Source: Armatimonadota bacterium (GTDB taxonomy: Bacteria; Armatimonadota; UBA10988). Taken from it: a stretch of 64,000 nt of DNA. Shown here piece after piece: positions 43,958-53,967 of the stretch. The position numbers were made by a program, and so were the translations under genes. Below the pieces are notes generated by a model. It was not told the DNA's origin. It worked only from the letters and a program-made list of their open reading frames with translations, and made no database searches. Each line of letters begins with the position of its first letter. Within the stretch, counting starts at the first letter, position 1. The stretch lies in contig JACRKZ010000067.1 of assembly GCA_016235455.1 (NCBI GenBank), positions 32,001-96,000 on the forward strand, in the 5' to 3' direction.

Positions 43958-44824
43958 TCAACGCGCCAGCACATCGGCCGAAGGCAGCCAATGGTCGTCG
44001 AGCACCTGCACCATGGCCACGGACGTGGTGTCGGGCAGCGCCAGGCGCCAGACGATCTGCTTCTCCGCCGTCACCTCGAACAGGTCTGCCTTGTCGCCGT
44101 CGCCCGTGTAGTGCGCGAAGATGGTGTTGCCGTTGCGCAGCCGCACCACGGCGGTCACCGTGCTGACCTTGTCCGGCGCGGGCACCTCAGCGCAGGCGTA
44201 CTTCCAGATCAGCCGGTGCTCCTTGTCGTACTCGGTGACCCCCTCGAACGAGCCGACCACGGTGTTGCCGCCGGGCAGGCGCACCGCCGAGACCGGGCCG
44301 CCGATATCCAGCTTCCAGAGCTGCGTGCCGTCGGCGGCGAACTCACGCACGGTGTTGTCCGCGAACATCGGCGCCAGGTACGTGCCTTCGGGCGTCTTGC
44401 GGCAGAAGCGGAACTGCCCGTGGTTGCCCTTGAACCCGCTGGTCATCTGCACCGTGCGCTGCGCCTTGCCCTCGGCGTCGACTTCGAGCAGGCGGCAGGG
44501 GCCTTCGTTGCCCACCAGCACCAGCCCACCGTCCAGCGGCTGCGCCACGGGATTCTGGCAACCTTCGGGCACGGTGTAGGTCCACAGCGTCTGCTGATCG
44601 CGGTTCACCTTGCGAACACCGTTCAGCACGGCGCAAACGATGCTGCCATCGGGCAGAACGGCAGCATCCTGGGCGTGGTTCATGGGGCACTGCCAGAGCA
44701 GCTTGCCGTCGTTGTCCACGATGGCCACGCGGTCGGGGCTGTGGCTGGTGACCAGGAAGCAACGCGCGCCGGCAGGCGCCAGGGCCAGCGCGGCAGCCAG
44801 CAGACTCGTCAGAAGCTTGTTCAT
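43958..44824 (-). CDS. Secreted beta-propeller protein, homologous to the C-terminal domain of 8837-13018
   Basis: Signal peptide MNKLLTSLLAAALALA; QD..VLPDG, GVRKVNRD, QPL, RLLEV, HGQFR..RK.P.G.YL, AVRLPGGNT. Confidence 0.8.
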   Translation of the reverse strand: MNKLLTSLLAAALALAPAGARCFLVTSHSPDRVAIVDNDGKLLWQCPMNHAQDAAVLPDGSIVCAVLNGVRKVNRDQQTLWTYTVPEGCQNPVAQPLDGGLVLVGNEGPCRLLEVDAEGKAQRTVQMTSGFKGNHGQFRFCRKTPEGTYLAPMFADNTVREFAADGTQLWKLDIGGPVSAVRLPGGNTVVGSFEGVTEYDKEHRLIWKYACAEVPAPDKVSTVTAVVRLRNGNTIFAHYTGDGDKADLFEVTAEKQIVWRLALPDTTSVAMVQVLDDHWLPSADVLAR

Positions 44825-44840
44825 GACGACCATTGTAGCA

Positions 44841-45815
44841 TCAGCGAGGCAGGTCGAAGGCCGCCGGTGCGATGGCCAGCAGGCCGCGGGTGCGCGCGTC
44901 GTGCTCGACCCGGTAGCAGAACCACGGGCGCTCGTCGGGCCCATCGAACACCGACAGATGACCGCCTTCGAACACCTGGCCGCGCGGGTCCTTGGTCCAC
45001 GGCCCCAGGGGCTTGTCCGCATAGGCCACGCCGGTCCAGTAGCCGGGCGCCCGGGGATCGCGGTAGTTCTGGGCGTACCACAGCACATAGCGGCCGCCCA
45101 GCCGTGCCATCCACGGGCCTTCCAGGTACTCGGGATCGACCCGGAAGGGGATGTCGTCGTTCCTGGCCGACAGCGCCAGCCGCTCCTCGCCAACCAGTTC
45201 AGCCTTGCCCTGCTCCAGTCGGCTCAGGTCGAGGCGCTGCACATATACATCGGACTTGGGCATGACGGCGTAGATGGTGCCGTCGGTGTCGCCGAACAGC
45301 GACGTATCGCACGGCCCATGGGGGATGGCGGTGATGTGCTCGTACGGTCCGGTCACTGTGTCGGCCACGCCGACGAAGGCATAGCCGGCCGTGCCCCAGG
45401 TGCCGGCCGGGTTGTACTCGCGACGGAGCCAGTTGTCGGCCGTGAAGATCAGGTAGTAGCGGCCGTTGATGCGGTGGATCTCCGGCGCCCAGAAGCGATG
45501 CCGGTAGGGACAGTCCTCGGGCAACTCACTCGACTTGACCAGCCAGTTCTCGAACCTGAAGGTGCCGAAATCCTTGGTGGAGTACAGCGCGATGCCCGGC
45601 GAGGAGCCGCAGTCAGGCTCCGCCAGATGCTGCTCGTCCCGGCCCCGGAAGGGCCACATGGTGAAGGTCAGGTACCAGGTGTCGCCTTCGCGGATGAGAC
45701 ACGGGTCGCGCACCTCGCGTCGCTCGGCGCTCTGGCCTTGCTGGTAGGCGAAGGGCAGCGGGCCAAGGGTCGGCGCGGCCAGGAGGCTGAGCATCAAGGG
45801 CAGACAGATCGCCAT
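44841..45815 (-). CDS. Glycoside hydrolase family 43
   Basis: RDPCLIREGDTWYL, WAPEIHRINGRYYL, GPY, DTSLF.D.DG, EGPWM, GPW. Confidence 0.88.
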   Translation of the reverse strand: MAICLPLMLSLLAAPTLGPLPFAYQQGQSAERREVRDPCLIREGDTWYLTFTMWPFRGRDEQHLAEPDCGSSPGIALYSTKDFGTFRFENWLVKSSELPEDCPYRHRFWAPEIHRINGRYYLIFTADNWLRREYNPAGTWGTAGYAFVGVADTVTGPYEHITAIPHGPCDTSLFGDTDGTIYAVMPKSDVYVQRLDLSRLEQGKAELVGEERLALSARNDDIPFRVDPEYLEGPWMARLGGRYVLWYAQNYRDPRAPGYWTGVAYADKPLGPWTKDPRGQVFEGGHLSVFDGPDERPWFCYRVEHDARTRGLLAIAPAAFDLPR

Positions 45816-45909
45816 GGCCACACGCTGACACACCGCCGGACCGATTGTCAAGCAGCACGGCGCGCCCAAATCTGCTAAAATCGCGCGCAAGCCCAAGGGG
45901 ATATGATCC

Positions 45910-48552
45910 ATGCGTAGCCGACCCGCCCTGTTGTCTCTCCTGCTGGCCGCGGTGCTGGTGCCCGTCGCCGGCAGTCGCGCCGTCGAGCCGGCCAGCTATG
46001 TGCGCCGCGCCACTGCGCGCGAAAGCCTGCAGGCCAGCCTGGCCGCGGCGGGCAACACGCGCGATGTCATCCAGCGCCGCCGCATCCTCGAGAAGCTGGC
46101 CCAAGACTTCGGCCGCGAGGCAGTCGGCGAGTTGGAGATCGAGCAGGACTGGCTGTTCCAGACGAACTACCAGGTCACGCCGGCCAGTGTGCGCCAGGAG
46201 ATCGAGTGGGCCCAGCAGGTGGCCAGTCGCCTGCCGGCGGGCGTGGGCGCGGCGCAGCGCGCGGAACTAGCGGCACTGCGCGACGGGCTCAACGCGGACA
46301 ACATCGAGGCCACCTACTTCGCGGTGCGCCGGGCCAAGCGCGCGCTCCTGTTCGCCGATCCGGCCGTCGACTTCAAGAGCGTGGTGTTGACCGACAATCC
46401 GTTCCCCAACAACAGCTTCGGCCACAACGCCCACGAGTCGGGTCACCGCAACCAGTACGGCACGACCAATGCCGGTGGTCGCCTGCTGGTGCTCGACGGC
46501 CTGCATCCCGGCGCGCCGCTACGCGATCTGGCGCCCGGGTTCGATGGCGTGTTCTGGCGGCCCGACCTGTCCTACGACGGCCGCCGGGTGGTGTTCTGCT
46601 ACCTGCCCAAGGACGGCCCGTCCTACAACCTGTACGAGGTGGGTGTCGATGGCCAAGGGCCGCGCCGGCTGACCAACAGCCCCTACGACGATCTCGATCC
46701 GATCTACCTGCCCGACGGCAACCTGATGTTCAGCACGACCCGCGGCAACACCTACATCCGCTGCCTGCCCCAGAGCCGCGCCTTCGTCATGGCCCGCTGC
46801 GATGCGAACGGCAAGAACATCTACCTGGTCAGCCAGGGCAACGAGCCGGACTACCTGCCCTCGATGATGCCCGACGGGCGCGTCATCTACACGCGCTGGG
46901 AGTACACCGAACGGCCGCTGTGGCGTGTCCAGTCGCTGTGGACCGCGCGACCCGACGGCACCGGCCACGCCGCCTACTGGGGCAACAGCAGCGTCTATCC
47001 CGACCTGCTCTGGGAGCCGCGCGCTGTGCCCGGCACCGACCTGATCATGTGCACCTGTGCGGGCCATCACAGCGTGTTCAATGGCTGCCTGACCCTGATC
47101 AACGTCAACGAGGGTCGGAACCATCCCGACGGCGTTCACAAGATCACCTCCGATGTCGCCTGGCCCGAGGTGGGCGATTCGAACGACCCGGTGGACAAGC
47201 GCTCGTTCTCGCCGCGCTACCATCGCACCGGCGACTTCACCGCCTACATGGCGCCCTACCCGCTCAGCCCCAACCTGTTCCTCGTGTCCGCGCGCACAGG
47301 CCCGCAGACCGGCGGCAACTCCCTCCAGCAGGATCCTGAGGTGGTGCGCTACGGGCTGTACCTGATGGACATCGACGGCAACAAGGAGCTGATCTACCGC
47401 GGCCGCCACAACGCCTGGTATGCCCAGCCGCTGCGCCCGCGCGCCAAGCCGCCCACGCTGGCCAGCACCGTGGCCTGGGCCAAGCCCGATGAGCAGGCCC
47501 AACCGGGCACCTTCTTCAGCTCCAACGTCTACCAGGGCGCCGCTGGCCTCAAGCCGGGCTCGGCCAAGTGGCTGCGCGTGCTGCAGATGGACGCCAAGAC
47601 CTACTCCATGGGCTTCAAGAGCCTGCGCCACAGCGGCCCGGCCGTGTCCATCCTGCAGGAGGATGGCGTCAAGCGCATCCTCGGCACGACCCCCGTCGAG
47701 CCCGATGGCTCGGTCAACTTCGAGGTGCCGGCCGGTAAGGCGCTGCACTTCCAGTTGCTCGACGAGCAGGGCCGCTGCATCCAAATCATGCGCTCGTTCA
47801 CCGGCGTGCAGCCCGGCGAGAAACGCGGCTGCGTCGGCTGCCACGAGATGCACAACACCGCGCCCACCCCGCCGCGCACCATGCCGGCAGCCATGCGGCG
47901 CGCCGCCCTGCCGCTGACCGAGCCCTCCTGGGGCGCGGGCACGTCGGTCAGCTTCGAGCGGTTCTGCCAGCCCGTGCTCGACCGCAATTGCGGCCTGTGC
48001 CACGCCGACAACGGTCGCGCCACACCGGTGCTCGACCTGACGCTGCGCAGCGGCGTCAACGAGGGCGGCATCAGCGAAGCCAACCTGCTGCCCTACAAGC
48101 AGCCGTACCTGACGCTGGTGGGCGATGCCTGGGGCTATCCCTCGCGCCTGGCCGACGGCGAAGCCGCCCCCCAACGCGGCCAGCCCGGCTATGGCATGGC
48201 CGGCCCGATCTGCGTGGAAGGCACCGGTGGCGACACCATGGGCGGCCTGCGCACGCTGCGGCCCTACACCATGCTGTCGTCGGCCAGCCCGCTCATCGCC
48301 CTGGCCATGAGCGGCACCCACTACGGCGTCAAGGTCGAGGGCGAGGACCTGCAGCGGCTGATTGCCTGGGTGGACTGCAACTGCGTCTACCGCGGTGACG
48401 AGGAGATCCGGCAGATCCCCGATCCGCCGCGACCGCCCGGCTGGGCTGTGCCGCCGCTGGTCCAGAGCGCGCCGGTCATCGACCGCACCAAGCCCATCGA
48501 TTACGTGCCCGCGGCCAGCGCTGTGGCGGCGGCCACCGACGCTCGGCCGTAA
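45910..48552 (+). CDS. Secreted HzsA-related c-type heme protein (PD40 propeller + HZS alpha middle domain + 2 CxxCH)
   Basis: PDLSYDG, DDLDPIYLPDG, DGRVIYTRWEY, PVEPDGSVNFEVPAGKALHFQLLD, GCVGCHE, NCGLCH. Confidence 0.82.
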   Translation: MRSRPALLSLLLAAVLVPVAGSRAVEPASYVRRATARESLQASLAAAGNTRDVIQRRRILEKLAQDFGREAVGELEIEQDWLFQTNYQVTPASVRQEIEWAQQVASRLPAGVGAAQRAELAALRDGLNADNIEATYFAVRRAKRALLFADPAVDFKSVVLTDNPFPNNSFGHNAHESGHRNQYGTTNAGGRLLVLDGLHPGAPLRDLAPGFDGVFWRPDLSYDGRRVVFCYLPKDGPSYNLYEVGVDGQGPRRLTNSPYDDLDPIYLPDGNLMFSTTRGNTYIRCLPQSRAFVMARCDANGKNIYLVSQGNEPDYLPSMMPDGRVIYTRWEYTERPLWRVQSLWTARPDGTGHAAYWGNSSVYPDLLWEPRAVPGTDLIMCTCAGHHSVFNGCLTLINVNEGRNHPDGVHKITSDVAWPEVGDSNDPVDKRSFSPRYHRTGDFTAYMAPYPLSPNLFLVSARTGPQTGGNSLQQDPEVVRYGLYLMDIDGNKELIYRGRHNAWYAQPLRPRAKPPTLASTVAWAKPDEQAQPGTFFSSNVYQGAAGLKPGSAKWLRVLQMDAKTYSMGFKSLRHSGPAVSILQEDGVKRILGTTPVEPDGSVNFEVPAGKALHFQLLDEQGRCIQIMRSFTGVQPGEKRGCVGCHEMHNTAPTPPRTMPAAMRRAALPLTEPSWGAGTSVSFERFCQPVLDRNCGLCHADNGRATPVLDLTLRSGVNEGGISEANLLPYKQPYLTLVGDAWGYPSRLADGEAAPQRGQPGYGMAGPICVEGTGGDTMGGLRTLRPYTMLSSASPLIALAMSGTHYGVKVEGEDLQRLIAWVDCNCVYRGDEEIRQIPDPPRPPGWAVPPLVQSAPVIDRTKPIDYVPAASAVAAATDARP

Positions 48553-48574
48553 GCCATGGGGTGGGCCGAGGAGC

Positions 48575-49426
48575 CTACTGCGGCCCAGGCCAGCCGCCAA
48601 GCCGCGCCATCAGCCACCACCAGGCGCGCGCCGCGCGCTGGCTACCGACGTCGTTGAGGTGGCCGCCGTCGGTGGTATAGCCGTCCCATAGCGCCGGCGT
48701 GCCGGTCTCGTTGACCGCCAGGCTACCGTCCGGCTTGTGGCACTCGATGTCGGCGATGTCGAACAGCACCACGCTGTGCGTCCGGACGTACTGCGCCATC
48801 AGTTCGTTGAAGCGCAGACGCCGCTCCTGGAGCATGGCCTCACGCCGTAGCGGCATGGTCCAGTAGACGAAGGTGACCTGCGGGTAGGCCTGCTTCATGC
48901 GCTCCAGCACGCCGGTGTAAGCCGCGAAGGCCTGGTCGGTGTCGACGCGTGGCTGCATATCGGCCCAGCACAGCTTGAGCGAGGCGACCTGCACGCGGTC
49001 GCCCACGCCCGAGCGCAAGCGCTGCTCGAAGGCCTGCGCCTTGCCCGGTACGTTGGCCGCGTTGCCTACGAAGAAGTCGCCGAAGCCCTTGTGCTGCGCG
49101 TACCAGCCGGCCTGGATCATGTGCCCGATATCGAGCCGATACCGCGGCAACTGCCGGCTGAGCTGGTCCAGCCCGCCGATCACGTTCCAGCCCACCGATT
49201 CATGGCCGAGCAGCGTCTGCGTGACGCGCGCGCGGTCCAGCGCGTCGAGCGGGATCACCTTGTCGGCCGCGTCGACGCAGGTGTGGTCAATGACCATCGA
49301 GGCCGGCGCGGCTGGCGCCGTGTCCTGGGCCCGCGCTGCACAGGCGCTGAGCGCCGCTCCCACGATGGCCAGGCCGAAGGTCCAGGTCGCACGCCACGGC
49401 GGCCGTCGCCGGACAGAAACGGTCAT
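48575..49426 (-). CDS. Secreted SGNH/GDSL-like hydrolase
   Basis: RBS AAGGAG; GHESVG.NV, KLCWAD, R.RFN, LFDIADIE, TTDGGHLN..G. Confidence 0.6.
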   Translation of the reverse strand: MTVSVRRRPPWRATWTFGLAIVGAALSACAARAQDTAPAAPASMVIDHTCVDAADKVIPLDALDRARVTQTLLGHESVGWNVIGGLDQLSRQLPRYRLDIGHMIQAGWYAQHKGFGDFFVGNAANVPGKAQAFEQRLRSGVGDRVQVASLKLCWADMQPRVDTDQAFAAYTGVLERMKQAYPQVTFVYWTMPLRREAMLQERRLRFNELMAQYVRTHSVVLFDIADIECHKPDGSLAVNETGTPALWDGYTTDGGHLNDVGSQRAARAWWWLMARLGGWPGPQ

Positions 49427-49480
49427 CGTCGGTCTCCTTGGCAGCTCAGTATTGCGCGCCCGCCGCGCGAGCGCAGGGCC

Positions 49481-49507
49481 TTCAGGGCGGGCCTTGCCGG
49501 ACGATAA
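49481..49507 (+). promoter_or_regulatory. Candidate sigma-28 (FliA) promoter
   Basis: TTCA-N15-GACGATAA versus consensus TAAA-N15-GCCGATAA, about 52 nt upstream of ATG 49560. Confidence 0.45.
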
Positions 49508-49559
49508 CGTGTTCAGACGCTCTTGTTTTCGTGCGTCCTTGCTTGACCAGGAACCAGCC

Positions 49560-50618
49560 ATGAAAATCGCCTCGTCGCAGCTGTCGCTGGCCAGCCAGCA
49601 CGTCGCCGTATCGTTCACCAGCATCAGCGAGAGCGCCACGCTGTGGATCGGCCAACCGCCGAACGGCACCGGCCCGACCACCGAGCCGCGCCGCGACCGG
49701 CTCGACCTGAGCGATGCCGGCGCGGGCCAGGTGCAGAGCAGCGCCGAGCAACCCGAGGAATGGCAGACCTCGGACCCCAAGTACGCCCTGGTCAAGCTGC
49801 TGCTCGAGCGACTGTTCGGCGCGACCTTCGACTGGCTCAATCCGAGCGACTTCACCGAACTGGACCCCGAGGCCCAGCGGAGCCAAGACGATCTGCGGCA
49901 GGTGGCCGCGGAGCAACAGGGCACCGCCACCGATGAGCCCGAAGGTTGGGGCCTGACCGTGACGCGCGACTACCAGCATGCGGAGGCCGAGGCCGTGCGC
50001 TTCCGGGCCCAGGGCCAGGTGGTCACCGCCGATGGCCAGTCGCTGCGCTTCTCGGTGGACATGGGCTTGAGCCGGGAGTACGCCATCAGGGCTCAGCAGG
50101 AGTTGCGCTTCGGCGATGACGCGCGCGTCCGTGACCCGCTGGTGCTCAACTACGCCGGACACGCCGCTGAGCTCACCGACCGCACCTTCGAGTTCGACCT
50201 GGATGCCGACGGCACCAGGGATCGGATCAGTTTCACCACGGCGGGCAGCGCCTTCCTGGCGGTCGACCGCAACCAGAACGGGCGGATCGACGACGGCTCC
50301 GAGCTGTTCGGCCCAGCCACGGGCGACGGCTGGGCCGAACTGGCAGCGAGCGACGACGACCACAACGGCTGGATCGACGAGAACGATGCCGCGTTCGACC
50401 AACTCCGGCTGTGGACCCGCGACGACCAGGGGCAGGACCACCTCACCGGGCTGCTGGCGGCCAACGTGGGCGCCATTGCCCTGGCCAGCACGGCGACGCC
50501 GTTCACCTACACCACCGCGGCCAACGAGACGCTGGGGCAGAGCCGCTCGGCGGGCATCTTCCTGCACGAAGACGGCAGCGGCGCCGGCACGGTGCAGCAG
50601 ATCGACCTCGTGGCCTGA
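49560..50618 (+). CDS. Conserved hypothetical protein with DxDxDG (VCBS/EF-hand-like) C-terminal region
   Basis: MKIASS.., G.V.TADG, DPLVLN, FDLDADG, LAVDRNQNGRIDDGSELFG, NGWIDEND, GTVQQIDL. Confidence 0.8.
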   Translation: MKIASSQLSLASQHVAVSFTSISESATLWIGQPPNGTGPTTEPRRDRLDLSDAGAGQVQSSAEQPEEWQTSDPKYALVKLLLERLFGATFDWLNPSDFTELDPEAQRSQDDLRQVAAEQQGTATDEPEGWGLTVTRDYQHAEAEAVRFRAQGQVVTADGQSLRFSVDMGLSREYAIRAQQELRFGDDARVRDPLVLNYAGHAAELTDRTFEFDLDADGTRDRISFTTAGSAFLAVDRNQNGRIDDGSELFGPATGDGWAELAASDDDHNGWIDENDAAFDQLRLWTRDDQGQDHLTGLLAANVGAIALASTATPFTYTTAANETLGQSRSAGIFLHEDGSGAGTVQQIDLVA

Positions 50619-50622
50619 TCTC

Positions 50623-50721
50623 TGGACGCGGGTGGTGGGACGCGGGACGAGCGAGTCCGACGCGGCCGCCCATGTGCCCGGTCGCAAGGTCCCACGTCGC
50701 ACGCCACACGCCCCATGTCCA
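50623..50721. repeat. Inverted pair of degenerate heptamer tandem arrays (consensus GGGACGY)
   Basis: Left arm TGGACGC GGGTGGT GGGACGC GGGACGA; reverse complement of right arm TGGACAT GGGGCGT GTGGCGT GCGACGT GGGACC. Confidence 0.55.
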
Positions 50722-50789
50722 AACACCATCCGCACTTGTCAAGGACGGGGACGACGTGATAGAAGTGTGCGGAAGGACGGGAGGTGGCC

Positions 50790-51269
50790 GTGAAGGAGCG
50801 CCTGATCAGGCTCAGCCATTGGCTGTGGCAGTGGTTCTTGGCCGCACTGCGGGGCGTTTGGGCGTTGCTGGGCATGTTCTATGCCTGGCTTTCGCGCCAG
50901 AGTCGGCTGCTGTCGACTCGCGCCGCCATGCGCGCCAAGGAGCGTGAGCGCCGGCAACGGCTAGAGGCCATCGGTGGCATGGTCTTCATCCTGTTCAAGC
51001 GCAGTCTGGTGCGTAATCACGACCTGCTGGTGGAGTGCGAGAAGGTGCGCGACATCGATCTCGAACTCGACGCGCTGCTGGGGCAGGCCGACCGCATCCG
51101 CACCGAACGCCGCGCCGCCGCCGCACCGTCGGCTGACACGTCGCGCCTCGCCGCGCAGACCGTGGAGACCGACGCCGCCGCGGACGGCGTAACCGCACTC
51201 GACCCGCTCGCGACCCAACCGGACCGACTGACCGATGGGACCGGGTCCGACACCAGCCTTATCGCCTGA
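50790..51269 (+). CDS. Hypothetical protein (N-terminal anchor, coiled coil)
   Basis: RBS GGAGG, GTG start; TTGTCA..TGATAGAAG promoter-like sequence upstream. Confidence 0.65.
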   Translation: MKERLIRLSHWLWQWFLAALRGVWALLGMFYAWLSRQSRLLSTRAAMRAKERERRQRLEAIGGMVFILFKRSLVRNHDLLVECEKVRDIDLELDALLGQADRIRTERRAAAAPSADTSRLAAQTVETDAAADGVTALDPLATQPDRLTDGTGSDTSLIA

Positions 51270-51289
51270 CATCAATAGGAGCACCTCTC

Positions 51290-52645
51290 ATGTCCGAAAC
51301 CCGCAAGTTCCTTCTGACCGAGAAGGACCTGCCGAACGCTTGGTTCAACGTCAAGCCGCACCTGCTGGAGCAGCCGTCGCCGCCGCTCCATCCCGGCACG
51401 TTGCAGCCGGTGGGGCCCGACGACCTGGCGCCGCTGTTCCCCATGGCGCTGATCATGCAGGAAGTCACCACCGACCCGTACGTGGACATCCCCGGCGGCG
51501 TGCTCGACATCCTGCGCATGTGGCGGCCGACGCCGTTGGTGCGCGCCTCCAACCTGGAGAAGGCGCTCGATACGCCGGCCAAGATCTTCTTCAAGTATGA
51601 GGGGGTCAGCCCGGTCGGCTCGCACAAGCCCAATACGGCGGTGCCGCAGGCCTATTACAACAAGCAGGAGGGCCGCCCGCGCGTGACCACCGAGACCGGC
51701 GCCGGTCAGTGGGGCTGCTCGCTGGCCATGGCCGCCGCGCAGTTCGGCCTGGAATGCGATGTCTGGATGGTCAAGGTCTCGTATGGCCAGAAGCCCGGCC
51801 GCCGCACGCTCATGCGCAGCTTCGGCGCGAGCGTGCAGGCCAGCCCGAGCACCTCGACCAACGCCGGCCGCGCCGTGCTGGCCGCGCATCCCGACAGCCC
51901 CGGCAGCCTGGGCATCGCCATCTCCGAGGCGGTGGAGGCCGCGGCCGTCGACCCCAACGCCAGCTACTGCCTGGGCTCGGTGCTCGACCATGTGCTGCTG
52001 CACCAGACCATCGTCGGCCAGGAAGTCGTCAAGCAGCTCGAGATGGCCGGCGTCGTGCCCGACATCATGCTCGGCTGCGTCGGTGGCGGCTCCAACTTCG
52101 GCGGCTTCGCCTTCCCGTTCATCCCCGAGAAGATCAAGCGGCCCGAACTGCGGCTGGTGGCCTGTGAGCCGGCGGCCTGCCCGACCATCACCCGCGGCAA
52201 GTACGCCTACGACTTCGGCGACCTGGCCGGCCTGACGCCGCTGCTCAAGACGCACACCCTCGGCTCTCAATTCGTTCCGCCGCCCGTGCATGCCGGTGGC
52301 CTGCGCTACCACGGCATGGCGCCGCTGGTCAGCGCCTGCGCTGAGCAGGGACTGATCGAAGCCGCCTCGTTCCAGCAGAACGAGTGCTTCGAGGCGGCCA
52401 TCCTGTTCACCAAGACCGAAGGCATCCTGCCCGCGCCGGAATCGTCGCACGCCATTCGTGGCGCCGTGGTCGAAGCGCTGAAGTGCAAGGAGTCGGGCGA
52501 GTCCAAGACCATCGTCTTCAACCTGTCGGGCCACGGCTACTTCGACACCTCGTCGTACGACGCCTATCTGGCCGGCGAGCTCGTGGACTACGAGTACCCC
52601 GAAGAGGCCATTGACGAGGCCATGCGGGACCTGCCTCAGGTCTGA
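51290..52645 (+). CDS. trpB2: TrpB-like PLP enzyme (tryptophan synthase beta, TrpB2)
   Basis: WRPTPL.RA, KYEGVSPVGSHKPNTA, TETGAGQWG, GGGSNF, HAGGLRYHG, PAPESSHA, NLSGHG. Confidence 0.96.
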   Translation: MSETRKFLLTEKDLPNAWFNVKPHLLEQPSPPLHPGTLQPVGPDDLAPLFPMALIMQEVTTDPYVDIPGGVLDILRMWRPTPLVRASNLEKALDTPAKIFFKYEGVSPVGSHKPNTAVPQAYYNKQEGRPRVTTETGAGQWGCSLAMAAAQFGLECDVWMVKVSYGQKPGRRTLMRSFGASVQASPSTSTNAGRAVLAAHPDSPGSLGIAISEAVEAAAVDPNASYCLGSVLDHVLLHQTIVGQEVVKQLEMAGVVPDIMLGCVGGGSNFGGFAFPFIPEKIKRPELRLVACEPAACPTITRGKYAYDFGDLAGLTPLLKTHTLGSQFVPPPVHAGGLRYHGMAPLVSACAEQGLIEAASFQQNECFEAAILFTKTEGILPAPESSHAIRGAVVEALKCKESGESKTIVFNLSGHGYFDTSSYDAYLAGELVDYEYPEEAIDEAMRDLPQV

Positions 52646-52660
52646 CCAAGCGCTTGGCGG

Positions 52661-52701
52661 ACGGCGCACTCACCTGGCGGGTGAGTGCGCCGTTCTGCTT
52701 T
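52661..52701 (+). terminator. Terminator after trpB2
   Basis: ACGGCGCACTCACC / GGTGAGTGCGCCGT followed by TCTGCTTT. Confidence 0.75.
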
Positions 52702-52732
52702 GGGCAGGCGCCCCGCGTCGACCCAAAGACAG

Positions 52733-52764
52733 CGGCCGGCGACCACCTGAGTGGTCGCCGGCCG
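52733..52764 (-). terminator. Hairpin after the second DUF1559 gene
   Basis: CGGCCGGCGACCAC-CTGA-GTGGTCGCCGGCCG. Confidence 0.6.
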
Positions 52765-52788
52765 GTCCGAGTTCAGGTCCGCTCGCGA

Positions 52789-53472
52789 TCAGGGATGACG
52801 AGCTTCACAGGCGGCGAGGCCGGCCACGGTGGCGGCGCCCGCCGGGGTGCTCTCCCAGCCGTTGCTCCACAAGCTGGCCGGCTGGCCGGTGGCAGACGGC
52901 TTGAGCAGCTTGACGTGGCCGTCAGCGAACAGGTAGTTGCCGCGACCCATGTGGCCCGCCCACAGGCGGTCGAGGCTGTCGGTGCCGACGCGCACCGAGG
53001 AGTTGTTGCTCTCGCAGACCAGGATCAGCGAGGCCGGCGCGCCGATCGCCGCCGAGTTCAGGTTGGACGGCGCATAGCCCATCGGGCACTGGCCCTCGGC
53101 GTTGCCCTGCGCGCCGGCGGCACCGGTCCCACCGTTGGCCGCGTAGCTGATGGGGAACACGGCATCGTTGCTCGCATTCGCGTTGGCCGTGTTCGACGGG
53201 CACTTGAAGATGTCGCGGCTCTTGATGTACGGCACGGTGATGACCCGCCAGGACTGGGCGTCGCCGCTCGTGCGCGCCGGCGTGATCATCTCGTCGTAAT
53301 CCTGAGTGTACTGCATGATGGCCAGGCCCATCTGCTTCAGGTTGCTGCCGCAACTCGACGTGCGCGCCTTCTCTCGGGCCTTGGCGAAGACCGGGAACAA
53401 GATGGCCGCCAAAATGGCGATGATCGCGATCACCACCAGCAACTCGATAAGCGTAAACGCTCGCTTGCGCAT
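52789..53472 (-). CDS. DUF1559 prepilin-type / H-X9-DG protein
   Basis: [70 protein letters not shown]. Confidence 0.93.
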   Translation of the reverse strand: MRKRAFTLIELLVVIAIIAILAAILFPVFAKAREKARTSSCGSNLKQMGLAIMQYTQDYDEMITPARTSGDAQSWRVITVPYIKSRDIFKCPSNTANANASNDAVFPISYAANGGTGAAGAQGNAEGQCPMGYAPSNLNSAAIGAPASLILVCESNNSSVRVGTDSLDRLWAGHMGRGNYLFADGHVKLLKPSATGQPASLWSNGWESTPAGAATVAGLAACEARHP

Positions 53473-53514
53473 AACTCCACTCCCAGACGCGGCGGTCACT
53501 CCGCCAGCAGGCAG

Positions 53515-53543
53515 ATACTAACGAACCCCTGTCACAAACGCAA
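53515..53543 (-). promoter_or_regulatory. Sigma-70-like promoter for the DUF1559 gene
   Basis: TTGCGT-N17-TAGTAT on the minus strand. Confidence 0.5.
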
Positions 53544-53967
53544 CAATGTCGATAGCACCACAGTGGAACCTGCCAGGGAACACGGCCACGATGCCAGGAT
53601 ATGGCGCCTTGGAGGCCCTGGAATCGGTTCTGTATACACCGCATGGTATCAGTCAAACGATTCTATTGAACGACCAGTAATTAGAGGATATAACTACCCT
53701 ATTTTCCAAGGGCGCCGACTCCTAGCGCACCCGGATCTGGACGCAGGTCGGCGAGTGATGTTTGAGCCAGGGCCGGAATGGGTAGCCCTCCGACCAGCCC
53801 GAAATTGACTTATCGCATTGAGAACCACCTGCGCACAGCGCGGCCCGGCGAATCGCGACCAGGGCTGGCAGCCGAGTCGGGCCGACAGCGCAGCCTGGGG
53901 TCGGGGCTGGCGATGCGGGGCTCTTGGGTTATCATAACGAGGGCGGTTTCCCCCAGGAGGTGGTTCC

